A stretch of 64,000 bases of DNA. Origin: Carcharhinus amblyrhynchos. Lineage: Eukaryota. Position numbers and translations under genes: made by a program. The stretch covers positions 73,470,001-73,534,000 of the forward strand of contig OZ336881.1 of the NCBI GenBank assembly GCA_965287045.1, given 5' to 3'. Under the pieces are notes generated by a model. The model saw only the letters and a list, made by a program, of their open reading frames with translations. It was not told the DNA's origin and ran no database searches. This document shows positions 13,823 through 25,019 of this stretch, piece after piece. Every line of letters begins with the position of its first letter. Position 1 is the stretch's first letter.

Positions 13823-14149
13823 TCATAGAATCATAGAATCCCTACAGTGCAGAAGGAGGCATTTGGCCATCAAGTCTGCACTGACCACAATCCCACCCAG
13901 GCCCTCTCCCCATAACCCTACTTATTTATGCTGCTAATCCCCTGACACTAAGGGGCAATTTAGCACGGCCAATCGACCTAACCCACACATCTTTGGACCG
14001 TGGGAGGAAACCGGAGCACTGGAGCAAACCTACACAGACACAGGGAGAATGTACAAACTCCACACAGACAGTGATCCGAGGCTAGAACTGAACCCGGGTC
14101 CCTGGCACTATGAGGCAGCAGTGCTAACCACTTGTGCCACGTACTGCCC
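13823..14149 (-). mobile_element. HE1-type V-SINE, type-A (CR1-like) tail
   Basis: Full head and V-domain; tail ...CCTCCTTCTGCACTGTAGGGATTCTATGATTCTATGA on minus. Confidence 0.9.
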
Positions 14150-14269
14150 GTTTTATCCCCTTTTTTCCATAATTAGCACAATGCTAAACCAGTCCAGAGA
14201 GTGCGGTTTCTTTAATTGTTGCTGCGAGAAGTGATGTGTTGCTGGAGCTTTTCATCTTGCAGTCATCTG

Positions 14270-14455
14270 TACAGACATATTCTTTTTGTGAGTCTAACAA
14301 TCCTGGATGTGCCAGTATTCTACATTAGCAACCGATTTAAGACAATCAGTCAAGCTTCTCACGTAACTCACTCGTGCTTGTTAGAAGCAGCATACGTTCA
14401 TATGCAGGGACTCACTCTCAGCAAACAAAAGAAATATGTTTAATCTTTACATCTT
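14270..14455 (+). mobile_element. Penelope-like element endonuclease C-terminal fragment
   Basis: NRFKTISQASHVTHSCLLEAAYVHMQGLTLSKQK matches the 23.7-23.9 kb fragment (NQFKIVG...HFCVLEATYINMQGPMLCR). Confidence 0.6.
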
Positions 14456-14564
14456 TTTTGAATTAGTTTAGGCAATTTCAACCTGGTTCCTAATGGGCAC
14501 CAGTTAACAGTAAAAGTTGCTCATTAGAGCTTGGGGAGCCTAAAGTTCTCTGTTGTTTTCTCTG

Positions 14565-14693
14565 TGGCCATGATGTATAGATGCTGGCATTGGACTGGGA
14601 TGGGCTGATGAAAGAGCAGCGCTCCGAAAAGCTCGTAATTCCAAATAAACCTAAACCTGTTGGATTTTAACCTGGTATTGTGTGACTTCTTAC
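14565..14693 (+). mobile_element. PLE terminus with hammerhead-core motif, copy 1
   Basis: CTGATGA (14605) AAGAGCAGCGCTCC GAAA (14626) AGCTC GTAATTCCAAATAAAC; the 5' strand of stem I is missing. Confidence 0.75.
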
Positions 14694-14915
14694 CTTTTTC
14701 CAGGGCAATACCTCAAGCAATCAGAGAGAGAATAGAGTCAGTGTTTCATGTCTGGATCATCCTGATATGAAATGTTGACTCTATTTTCTCTCTCCACAAA
14801 ATGCCGTCAGACCTGCTGTGATTTTCTAGCATTTTCTGTTTTTGTTGCTATTAGATTGTAACCGCGATATACTGCGAGATGTGGCTGCATATTAAATCAG
14901 TATATCTATTTTATA

Positions 14916-15093
14916 GTAAGAAGCCTCGCAACATGAGGCTAATGTCCCAACACGTTTATTTGGAATCACCTGATGAAGGAGCAGTGCTCTGAAAGCTCGT
15001 GATGCCAGATAAACCTAGTGGACTTTAACCTGGTGTTGTGAAACTTCTTACAGTGCCCACCCCAGTCCAACGCTGGCGTCTCCACATCATGGC
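14916..15093 (+). mobile_element. PLE inverted terminus, copy 2, enclosing a hammerhead core
   Basis: ~54-bp imperfect inverted arms (14916-14969 / 14999-15051) flank the ribozyme core. Confidence 0.85.
14954..15014 (+). ncRNA. Putative minimal type I hammerhead ribozyme (PLE-type), sense within the TTC27 intron
   Basis: Stem I GTTTATTTGGAATCAC/GTGATGCCAGATAAAC; C3-A9 CTGATGA 14970-14976; extra A; stem II GGAGC-AGT-GCTCT; GAAA 14991-14994; palindromic AGCT stem III; predicted cut after C14998. Confidence 0.7.
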
Positions 15094-15852
15094 CACCATG
15101 TTTTATTATAGAGCTTGGAGGTCTATAACTTTAACCTTGACCAAGTGCTGAAGAACGGGATTGGAATAGATAGGTGCTTGATGGCTGCAACAGACTTGAT
15201 GGGCCTAAGGGCCTCTTTCTGTGCATCAGAAGAAACCAGATGGGAACAGCATGTTATCTGCTGGCAGTTTTGGTGATGACACCAGTTTCAATAGCCTATA
15301 TAATTTTCAGTGAACTGTCGTAAGGTTTGTCATATGTTCTCCTAGCCATCACCCGTGGCAGGCAGAATGTGTTCACACAAACACGGTGGAGACTGCAGCA
15401 GCTCATCTTCTGTAATAGTTGTTTTTTTCCTTTGACACACAGGATTCTATAAAAGCGAGAACGGGATGTTCCTGGAATTACGTCTGCTAATAACCAGTCT
15501 GGTTTAGTAGCAGCACTCTTACCTCTGCGTGATCAAACCTTTTTAAGGCGGTGTTGCATTTCAAAGGGCTCCACCTTTTGCATGAATCATTAAACTCCTG
15601 TTCTGCAGAATGTAAAAGACCCCAAGGCGCTATTTAAAAAAGAGTTTAAAGGGAGTTCCCTGAAAGTCCTAGCCAACATTCATCCCTCAACCAAAATCAG
15701 GAATGTGTCATTGCCTGCAGCAGGCTTCCAACACTGAAAAGTTTGAATTTAACTCCATGTGCCCCAGGTTTTAACCTGGTGATGTTGTCATGGTTGTTGG
15801 TGAGGGAAATGTTCAATTATAGGGCCCCTACTGCTGGCCTGACTGAACTTTA

Positions 15853-16208
15853 GGGTAGCACGGTGGCAGAGTGGTTAGCACTGCTGCTTCACAGCACCAG
15901 GGATCCGATGCAATTCCGGCCTCGGATCACTGTGTAGAGTTGGCACATTCACCCCATGTCTGTGTGGGTTTCTTCCAGGTGCTCTGGTTTCCTCCCACAG
16001 TCCAGCGATGTGCAGCTTAGGTGGATTGGCCATGATACATTGCCCTTTAGTATCCCAAGATGTGTAGGTTAGATGGATTAGCCATGGTAAATGCATAGGG
16101 TTACAGAGATAGGGCAGGGTGATGGACCCAGGTAAGATACTCTGTCAGGGAGTTGGTACAGACTCGATGGGCCAAATGGCCACCTTCTGCACCATAGGGA
16201 TTCTATGA
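15853..16208 (+). mobile_element. HE1-type V-SINE, type-A tail
   Basis: Head GGGTAGCACGGTGGCAGAGTGGTTAGCACTG, V-domain, tail GATGGGCCAAATGG...GGGATTCTATGA. Confidence 0.9.
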
Positions 16209-16359
16209 ATTTAACACAGACTAGGAATGAAATCTGGAATGCTCTTAATCTGAATGGCCCAGAAACTCATTCCTTTAAACAGTGGGTTACATTTTCCTAG
16301 AACTGAACTAACATTATTCACATTGGTAGCTGGATTGGACAGGCAGACTGCATGAACAA

Positions 16360-16790
16360 ATGAAAACCTTGCATTTGTGTAGTGCCTTTTACAACCTCAG
16401 TGTTGCAAAATACTTTATGTTCACTGTTGTAATGGAGAAACATGGCACTCAGTTTGTCCTACAGTAAGATCCCACAAACAGCAAAATAATAGTGGCAAGA
16501 TAACCTATTTTTTGTGGTTTTAAATAAGGGATAGATATTCATCAGGACACTGGGTTAACTGCCCTGGGATCTTTTACTTCCACCTGAGAAGATATAGGGA
16601 CTTGGTTTAATGTTGCATCTGAAAAATGACAGGTGAAATTTTGCTGTCCCGCCATAGGAATCATAGCGGGCGAGGGTGGACTATGTCATGGTCTGTTGAC
16701 CTGGGATTTTCCAGCTTTGGGGCGTGCATGGCTGCAAAATCCCACCCGATACCTCTGTCAGTGCAGCACTCCCTCAGCATTGCAGCCAGG
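16360..16790 (-). mobile_element. Deu-domain-like SINE (SacSINE1/AmnSINE1-related) with a MITE-like insert at ~16630-16748
   Basis: Resembles the recalled Deu core GTGTCCTGGCCAATATTTATCCCTCAACC...GCTGTTTGTGGG; related copies at 21800-22085(+), 22485-23060(-), 30000-30250(-), 57760-57975(+). Confidence 0.6.
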
Positions 16791-17315
16791 TTCTTGTTCT
16801 CAAGCCTCCAGCATGGGACTTGGCCAGATGAACTATTGACTCAGTAAGGAAAATATTAAAAAGCCAGCCAAGACTGACAGTAAATAAACAACATGGAGAA
16901 GGTGGTCCTGCTAGGTAATATTTAAAGCAAATCATTTTCCATGTTAAAGAAGTTTGTCTCAAGTTTTTTAATGTTTCCCAGTACTGCAGACAAGCCATGC
17001 ATCATCCCCAAATGAGGGTATAGACTCGCAGGAAATGACCTCCTGACAATTTGTTCTTAACCAAGCCTGTAATGAGGTGCGACTCAACCTCCCTTTCCTG
17101 TGAAGGAAGCACCTGGCTATCATCGCTTGGCGATTCCTGCTGATGACCTGAACATCAGGAGCTGGTTGTGTAAGGATATCAGAGGCGTGAACCTGTGTTT
17201 TTATGTTATGTACCTGCAGTTTAGCATGGAAGACTAACCTGAGATTCAGTATAATTGGTGGTCACCTATCTCTTGATGGCTAATTTAAGCAGAATGTGAA
17301 ATGAATTGCAGGGTA

Positions 17316-17648
17316 GGATCCCTACAGTGCAGAAGGAGGACATTCGGCCCATCGAGTTTACACCAACAACAATCCCACCAAGGTCCTTTCCCCTTAACCC
17401 CACATATTTGTCCCACTAATCCCTCTAACCTACGCATCCCTGGACACCAAGGGGTAATTTAGCCTGGCCAGTGCACCAAAACCACACGTCTTTGGACTGG
17501 GGAAGGAAACTAGAGTGCCCGGAGGAAACCCACACAGACATGGGAGAACGTGCAAACACCACTCAGACAGTGACTCAAGCTGGGAATCGAACCCACATCT
17601 CTGGAGCTGTGAGGCAGCAGTGCTAACCAGTGTGCCACTGTGCTGCTC
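17316..17648 (-). mobile_element. HE1-type V-SINE, type-A tail
   Basis: Same head, body and tail as 13823-14149. Confidence 0.9.
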
Positions 17649-18297
17649 AGGATAAGACTAACTTAACCCCATTATGGTGGCTGGAGCATCAAGACATGAC
17701 TATGCACCTCATTACCCAAAGAAAACAGAGAAAAGACTCTAGGCCAGTAAGAGGAAAAAGTGCTCTCGACCATGCAGGCAATGAAAACACTTTGGTTATG
17801 GCGAAATCCTTTTTATAAGGTCATTTCAACAAAGACTCCTCCTTTTTTAATGGTGGGTTTTAAATTTCAATGGCATTGTGTGTGACTCACCTCCTTTGTC
17901 TTGCTGGAACTTGATGTTACTGACAAATATTCAAAGACCTCAATCAGAAATTGTAGAAATCCTGATTGTATTTCTCTCTCTCAAATTCTTTTGAAGAGTT
18001 TGGCTTCTAAGCGGGAGAGAGTCAATTGCTCAGAGAAAAGTCATAGCGTGCTTTTATCCAGACCTGATGTTCAAGGGCATTGGGAACGATGATTGTGTTT
18101 TTTGGTAAGGAATTCTGGTGTGCTTATAGACTATTTTGTTACAGGGATTGATATTCCAAACACTTTTTAATTAAAATGTGATGCTTGGACAGAAAATGTT
18201 ATGAAAAAAATGTTATTAAAAATAAACTGTGCCTTTGTAGCACATTTTCACAGAGAGAGTGCACGTGCTGGTGAAGTTACTCCATCACATTTACCTC

Positions 18298-18634
18298 TGG
18301 GGTGGCACATGGTTAGCACTGCTGCCTCACAGCGCCAGGGACCCAGTTTCAATTCCAGCTTTGGGTCACTGCCTGTGTGGAGTTTGCACATTTGTGTCTG
18401 TGTGGACTTCCTCCAGATGCTCCAGTTTCCTCCGACAGTCTCTCCCGCCATTCCTCCCACATGATGTGCAGGTTAGGGTAACTGACCATGCTAAATTGAC
18501 CCTAGTGTCAGGGGGACTAGCAGGGGTAAACATGTGGGGGTTACGGGAATAGGGCCTGGGTGGGATTGTGTTTGGTGTAGACTCGATGGGCTGAATAGCC
18601 TCCTTCTGCACTTGTAGGGTTTCTATAATTCTAT
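18298..18634 (+). mobile_element. HE1-type V-SINE, type-A tail
   Basis: Head, V-domain and CTGCACTTGTAGGGTTTCTAT tail. Confidence 0.9.
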
Positions 18635-20037
18635 AGTGGATGGACTGGCACAAGTGTGGGAAGTTTTCATCCCTCCCTGCCCACTGCCTCTTATTGCTTT
18701 ACCCAGAGGCTCACCTTTTCTACAGTACTTTGAAATCACGGAAGTAAGCAGTGCGCCTTTTACCAGCTTTCGCCTCTTCCTTTCTGCTGCGATTGATCCC
18801 TGAAGGGATAAGTGCTGCATAAGCACTGGACACTCTATGGCATCTCACCAATGTGGTTATTTTCCATGTGAGTGCCAAGCCAATGAATGGTAGCAGCTGT
18901 GCAACCACCAGATATTCTGGAACATCAAAAAGAAATAGAAGAAATCCCAAGAGTGTTTCTGTTCATCAGAATAGTTTAGTTTTGAAAAGTGAGTTGGCTG
19001 TCCAAACGGAACAGTGGTGAAATGCGGTTTCATACAATGAATGAGGATCTATCAGCACGTTTAATAACAAATCTTATTAGTGTATAATCAAGAAGCTTGG
19101 GTAATTGGCCAAAACTAGCTGCAGCATGAATAATTTAGCAATTTAATAAGAGAGTAATTAAGCGAGCAGATAAGTAACTTAATGGAATAACAAAAGGACA
19201 TTGTGCACGAGGTATAACAAAATATTTATTAAGTAACAGCTGCATACCACTCGCCCACTACCATGAGACAGGAAAGAAGCTGTTAACCATTCCTTATTCG
19301 ATTGGGAGGGGGGCAATAGCCCTTTTCATTTTAAGAGGATCCTTTTCGGAACCAGTGCATGTGCATGAGCAGAATCAACTATTATTGCAAGTGCTGACTC
19401 CTTCTAAAATAATCTTCATTACCCAAGAGTCTGGTGGAAGTAGATTGAATTGTGGCTGTAATAAGGGAGGTTCTAGAAGAGAAGATTTGCAAGGGCATGG
19501 AGGGAAAGGACTGGGGAGTGAGACAAGCTCAGTTGGTTTTGCAGAGATTTGGGGGTTGCCTTGTGTGCTGTAACTGTGCTATTCGTTGTGTGATTTTTGT
19601 ATTCACTCTGGCAACCTCCCCAGCTTTTGGGCAAGTTCTGTTTAGGTGAGTAATGCCGATACTGCTTGTACAGGAAGATTGTCTGCTTACGCTGGCAGAA
19701 GCTGCTTTCTTTTGCAAAATCTCTTGTAGTTCCTCCTGAGAAACTGCCCTCCACAAAATAGTGATAATCTGAAGGCCTAGGGTCACAATTTGAGAGGACT
19801 GTGTTCTTAACCGTCATCCACAGTTTGCTGCCAAAGATTACTTTGACTCACACTTCAGTTAAAAATAGAGAAGCCGGATTTTTGTTTGACAAGAGAAAAA
19901 CTGTTAAGAGATAACTCCAACAGACTCATTCAATGGCAACATCAGTCACAAAAGGACTGTCATTGTTTTAACCTATTTCTTTAAACAAAACCCATTGTTT
20001 ACAAGAGCCATTCAGCTCTTGCAGCACAGCCAGGATG

Positions 20038-20605
20038 ATGGTACGGTGGTCAGCACTGCTGCCTCACAGCATCAGGGACCAGGGTTCAACTCCTGGCTTG
20101 GGTCACTGTCTGTGTGGAGTTTGCACATTCTCCCTGTGTCTGCATGGATTTCTTCCGCGCGCTCCAGTTTCTTCCCACAGTCCAAAGAATCATAGAAATA
20201 GAAACCCAACAGTGCAGAAAGAGGCCATTTGGCCCATCAAGTTTGCACCGATCACAATCCAACTCAGGCCCTACCCCCTTATCCCTACATATTTACCCAC
20301 TAATCCCACTAACCTACGCATCCCAGGACTCTAAGAGGCAATTTTAGCATGGCCAATCAACCTAACCCGCACATCTTTGGAAACCGGAGCACCTGGAGAT
20401 AACCCATGCAGACACAAGGAGAATGTGCAAACTCCACACAAGATGTGCAGGTTAGGTGGATTGGCTGCTGACATGCTAAACTACCCCTTATTGTCAGGGG
20501 GACTAACTAGGCGGTTATGCGTGGGAGTTATGGGGATTGTTGTCGGTATAGGCTCAATGGGCCAAAACTGGCCTCCTTCCGCACTGTACGATTCTATGAC
20601 TCTAG
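20038..20605 (+). mobile_element. HE1-type V-SINE containing an oppositely oriented 5'-truncated HE1 copy (20188-20439)
   Basis: The outer element breaks at CCCACAGTCCAAAGA and resumes AAGATGTGCAGGTTAGG; the inner copy is tail-first. Confidence 0.85.
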
Positions 20606-20719
20606 TCTCAATACCCTGTCCTTTCCTCATATAGTCTTTGCGAATTTGCTCTCTTCATGTGCTTACTGAGTTCCTTTTTTACAGCAACAATTGTGTGTTG
20701 CAGATTCATTTACCTTAGT

Positions 20720-21140
20720 AACAAAAGCGAAATACTGCGGATGCTAGAAATCTGAAACAAAAACAGCAATTGTTGGATAAGCTCAGCAGGCCAGACATCA
20801 TCTGTGGAGAGAGAAACAGAGGTGAATTTGGAATTCTCCGGCTGTTTATGCCAGTGGGATTCTCCAGTCCCAACGGCAGTTCACCACTGCTGGCATGGGA
20901 TGACGTAAATGGGAACTCCCATCAACATCAGCGAGACCAGAGAAATCCTAGCAAACAAATGCGCCACCTCTCGCCGGCAGGAAACACGCAGCTGGGAGGC
21001 CAGGGAATCTCATCCTTAATGTTTTGAGTCTGTGTGACTCATCTTCAGAGATATTGGACTTGAAATGTTAACTCTTTTTCTCTCGCCACAGATGCTGCTG
21101 GACCTGCTGAGTTTATCCAGCATTTTCTGTTTTTATTTCG
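20720..21140. mobile_element. PLE family-2 inverted termini with a MITE-like insert (~20822-21013); degenerate hammerhead on minus (21016-21049)
   Basis: Inverted CTCTC..CCACAGATGCTGC..GACCTGCTGAG arms; minus strand CTGAAGA-TGAGTCACACAGACTC-AAAACATT. Confidence 0.7.
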
Positions 21141-21276
21141 TTCATCTTGGTGTTAGTCTTCTCACAAAGTGTCACTTTCTCCACTATCGGGTATCTGGAA
21201 TCAGAATAATTGGAACAATGTGAACGGTATTAAGAAGAAAACTCCATGTTTGAAAATCTCCACTTCATCTCCTATT

Positions 21277-21601
21277 GGGGTGGCATGGTGGCACAGTGAT
21301 TAGCACTGTGCCACTGTGCTCCAGGGACCGGATTCGATTCCCAGCTTGGGTCACTGTCTGTGCGGAGTTTGCACATTCTCCCTGTGTCTGCGAGGGTATC
21401 CTCCATGTGCTCCAGTTTACCCCCACAGCTTGAAAGGTGCACAGATTAGGTGCATTGGGCTATGCTAAATTCTTCCTCAGTGTACCCGAACAGGTGACAG
21501 AGCGTGGCGACTTTTCAGAGCATGGGGATTTTCACAGTAACTTCATTGCAGTGTTGATGTAAGGCTGCTTGTGACTAATAAATAAACTTTAACTTTACTT
21601 T
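21277..21601 (+). mobile_element. V-SINE, type-B tail
   Basis: Head and V-domain, then GGGGATTTTCACAGTAACTTCATTGCAGTG...TGTGACTAATAAATAAACTTT. Confidence 0.88.
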
Positions 21602-22635
21602 GATTGGTCAGATCATGGCATGACTTCTTTCAGATTTAATTGTTATGCCATAACTCATATCTGGCAGAGAACAGGTTGATGGGAGACCCTGCCTACTTAT
21701 GGAACCGTCACTGAGTCAGGAACAGGAGAAAAGCATTGGGGGAAAGGGTCCAAACTGCACATGATGCACCTCTTGCCACTATTTTCTTGTAGCATTTTTA
21801 AAATTAGATGGTGGGCGTAAGATATCCAGTAGCACTATTTTTGAAGAAGAACAGGGGAGGTCTGCCTGAGGTTCCGCCCATTGTTTATCCCTCAACCTAC
21901 ATCAGTAAAAAAAACCCAAATTATCTAGTGATTATCATATTGATGTTTGTGGGAACTTGTTTTGGGCAGAATTGGCTGCTGTGATCCCTATGTTATAACA
22001 CTGCAGTTTAGAAGCTCTACATGGGCTGTAAAATGCTCCAGACTATGCTGAAGTTGAGTTGTATAAGTGAGAGTCAGTCTTTATTTCAATATAAACAGCA
22101 ACCTCAGTATTTTTCGCTTCATGGAGTTTTAGTCCAAAAACCCAGAATCCTAAATCCTACACAATGCCCCAACTATACACCTTTAACTCAAGCGCAGACA
22201 AGCACCTGTTTCTGCACCTGTTTAATATGACCTTTTGTGGCTCCTTTGTGTGCGATTGTCAAGGTTTGAAGAGAAATATACACAATACGTACTCACTAGA
22301 AATTGTCTAGAATCAATAAAGGTAGATTTTATATATTGCAGAACTGGAAAGTTGCACACATAGACTGGATAAGGATAAATTCTCAAAAGCCAAAGAAAAG
22401 TCAAATAAAGGAAATATGAGGGGAAAATTAATTTAAAGAGAAGCGTTTGTGAGCAGTAACGAGTCAGGACTGGAGCTGGAGTTGGAAAGACTTGCATTTA
22501 TATCATACTTTCATGAATACTGGATCCCTCAAAGTGATTTACAGCCAGTAAAGTGCCATTGAAATATAGTCACTGCTGCACTGTAGGATATGTGGAAACC
22601 AATTTGTACACACCAAAAGCCCACAAAAAGCAACT

Positions 22636-22946
22636 AAAGTTTTAAAGTTTAAAGTTTATTTATTAGTGTCACAAGAAGGCTTACATGAACACTGTAATGA
22701 ATTTACTGTGCAAATTCCCTAGTTGCCACACTCCAGCACCGGTTCGGGTATACTGAGGGAGAATTTTGCACGGCTAGTGCACCTAACCAGCACATCTTTC
22801 GGACAGTGGGAGGAAACTGGTGCACCTGCAGTAAACCCACACAGACACGGAGAACGTACAGATTTCACACAGGCAGTGACTCAATCTGGGAATCAAACCC
22901 GGGTCCCTGGTGCAGAGATGCAGCAGTGCTAACCATTGTGCCACCC
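22636..22946 (-). mobile_element. V-SINE, type-B tail, inserted in a Deu-like SINE
   Basis: Same as other type-B copies; the Deu-like sequence continues on both sides. Confidence 0.85.
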
Positions 22947-23164
22947 TTGTAATAATGAGCAGAAAGTCTGTTTTTGTGATGTTGATTGAGGGATAAATAT
23001 TGGCCAAGACACTAGGAATAACTGCCCTGAGCTTCTTCAAAAGATTACCATAATCAATGCATTGCTGACTGGTCAGAGTCAAAGAATTAAATTGGTCATC
23101 ATTCACTTTTCTTCGAAAACTTGGGAGTCTGATCCTGTAGCCTGACAAGGCCTTAATAAACCCT

Positions 23165-23318
23165 GATGTGGATATGGTGGCATTGGACTGAGATGGGCAC
23201 AGTAAGAAGCTCACAACATCAGGTTAAAGTCCACTTACCTGATGAAGGAGCAGCACTCCAAAACCTCGTGATTTCAAATAAACCTGTTGGTCTTTAACCT
23301 GATGTTTTGAGACGTCTT
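23165..23318 (+). mobile_element. PLE family-1 inverted terminus with a mutated hammerhead core
   Basis: CTGATGA at 23239, AGGAGCAGCACTCC, then AAAA (G12->A); imperfect flanking duplication CTTAATA(AA/GG)CCCT. Confidence 0.8.
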
Positions 23319-23429
23319 AATAGGCCCTAACACTTGTAGAAGTTATACAAAATAATTTCCTTTACCAATAATTTTATATTCAAATAGTCATTTGGCAGTA
23401 CAGAACTTGAGTATTGCTGAAAAAATACA

Positions 23430-23910
23430 TTTTGTCAAAGCTTTTTATCTTGCACTCATCAGGACAATTGCAACACTACCATGTCAGGTGAAACAATGTT
23501 AAACTGTATGAGAAGAGAGTGCGGATTGGTTGGCAAATGGACTCTGGTAGAGGTGTTGTCATGGAGGATGCACCAGTTAATAGTGGCTGACAGTTAACTG
23601 TCATACATTTTGAAAATCTGAACCAGGCAGCTTGACTGTGATTGGTCGAGGAATTGCCCTGAGGAATGAATTGACAAATGGCTGTCGTTTTGTTTAGCTG
23701 AAACAGGTGCAGTGTGTGTATGTGTTCTTTCTGCAAAGCATAGGGCCCTGCATATTAATATATGTAGCTTCCAGTACACAAAAATGCACAACACTGTGAA
23801 CCAGACCAACAATCTTAAATTGGTTGTCAGTGTAATACTTAGCACATTGAGGACTATTTAGCAAATGTTGTTCATTCGCAGAATCACACCTGATGTTAGA
23901 CACTCTACTT
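23430..23910 (-). mobile_element. Penelope-like element 3' part: GIY-YIG-associated C-terminus, 3' UTR and degenerate hammerhead (23432-23468)
   Basis: DSANEQHLLNSPQCAKYYTDNQFKIV...VLEATYINMQGPMLCR(Q)KEHIHTLHLF; minus strand TGTC-CTGATGA-GTGCAAGAT-AAAA-AGCTTT-GACA. Confidence 0.75.
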
Positions 23911-24309
23911 TGAAATGTTATATTTATTGTATAAACAGGACCCACAGCAGGGAATAATGATGCATCTCTTTTACTACCTAGCCAGCTTACCATAGATCAT
24001 GGCATATAAGTTGATCCAACAATCAAGAAGACCCAATTTTAATGATGGCAAAACCTCCTGATTTTTCCATAAACTTGTAAAAGTTGATCCTATTTTTCCA
24101 CTATGAACTGCTATATTCACATTAGTAGTCAGACTTAATTTTTCACCCCAGAAATACATGTTTTACTTACCTTATAATGTAAGTCAGTGCAAGGCACCAA
24201 GCAGGCGATAAGGTCTGTGTTGTGAAGAAGGTGCAAGGAAGTTTCAGACAGGCACACATAGAGCAGAACACACATGATGATGCTGATTAAAATCAGAAAA
24301 GGCCTTCCA

Positions 24310-25005
24310 GCAAAATGAATGAAGTCCAAAACTGCTTTCAAGCTAACAGTCGTAACATTTGCTAAGTTGTCAATTAACTGGTCAATAATTGAGGGGCTTG
24401 AATTTAGTGAAAAGCTGATGCAAGAAGAAAGAATCTGCCCTGAAGAGGATTCCCAAGACCAAATGTGCTATCACAACAGGGAGCAGCCACTGGCCTGACC
24501 TTGAGAAGCATGTATCGGAATGGATCCTCAAGAAGCGTTGGAATGATTACATCACCAGAAATGCAATATGCACTAAAATGGCCCAGATCAAACTTCGAGT
24601 CCATCTAAGGTTTTAGACCAACAGCTAGCTGGTTTGGCTGCTTTATAGAATGAAAATGTTTAGTGTTGGGGAAGAAGACTAAAATTATTCAGACTCTACC
24701 TTGATGCCAAAATTACCAGTTTCTTGCAGTACATCATCCATCAGACAGCAACAAAAACATGCTGAGTCACATGAATGAAGTGTTAGTGGATTTCGGTATG
24801 CCCAGCACCCAAACTGTGGAGTGTAAAGGTTCGAAAAAAGTTCTCATTGGACAGTAGAAGACAAGATTCCTGGAGGTACTAGTCTGCATATCCAGTAGAA
24901 CAAAATTAATGCCCATGGTAATGTTCAACCAAAACACCATGCCAAACATCTCGTCCCCTGCATGAGTTTTTGTCCATGTCCATGACAATGGTTGGATTAA
25001 GATTT
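24310..25005 (+). mobile_element. pogo/Tc5-family DNA transposase fossil (pseudogenised)
   Basis: TAFKLTVVTFA (Brinker-like DBD), WPDLEKHVSEWILKKR (CENP-B HTH), MNEVLVDFGMPSTQTVECKGSKKVLI..KTRF.EVL.C....TKLMPMVMF...VFVHVHDNGW (DDE_1); contains stops. Confidence 0.8.
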
Positions 25006-25019
25006 GATATCATGAGAAT

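Noticed and set aside
15853-15935. tRNA genes at SINE heads
   Set aside because: A/B-box-like heads run straight into the SINE V-domain and no full cloverleaf is evident
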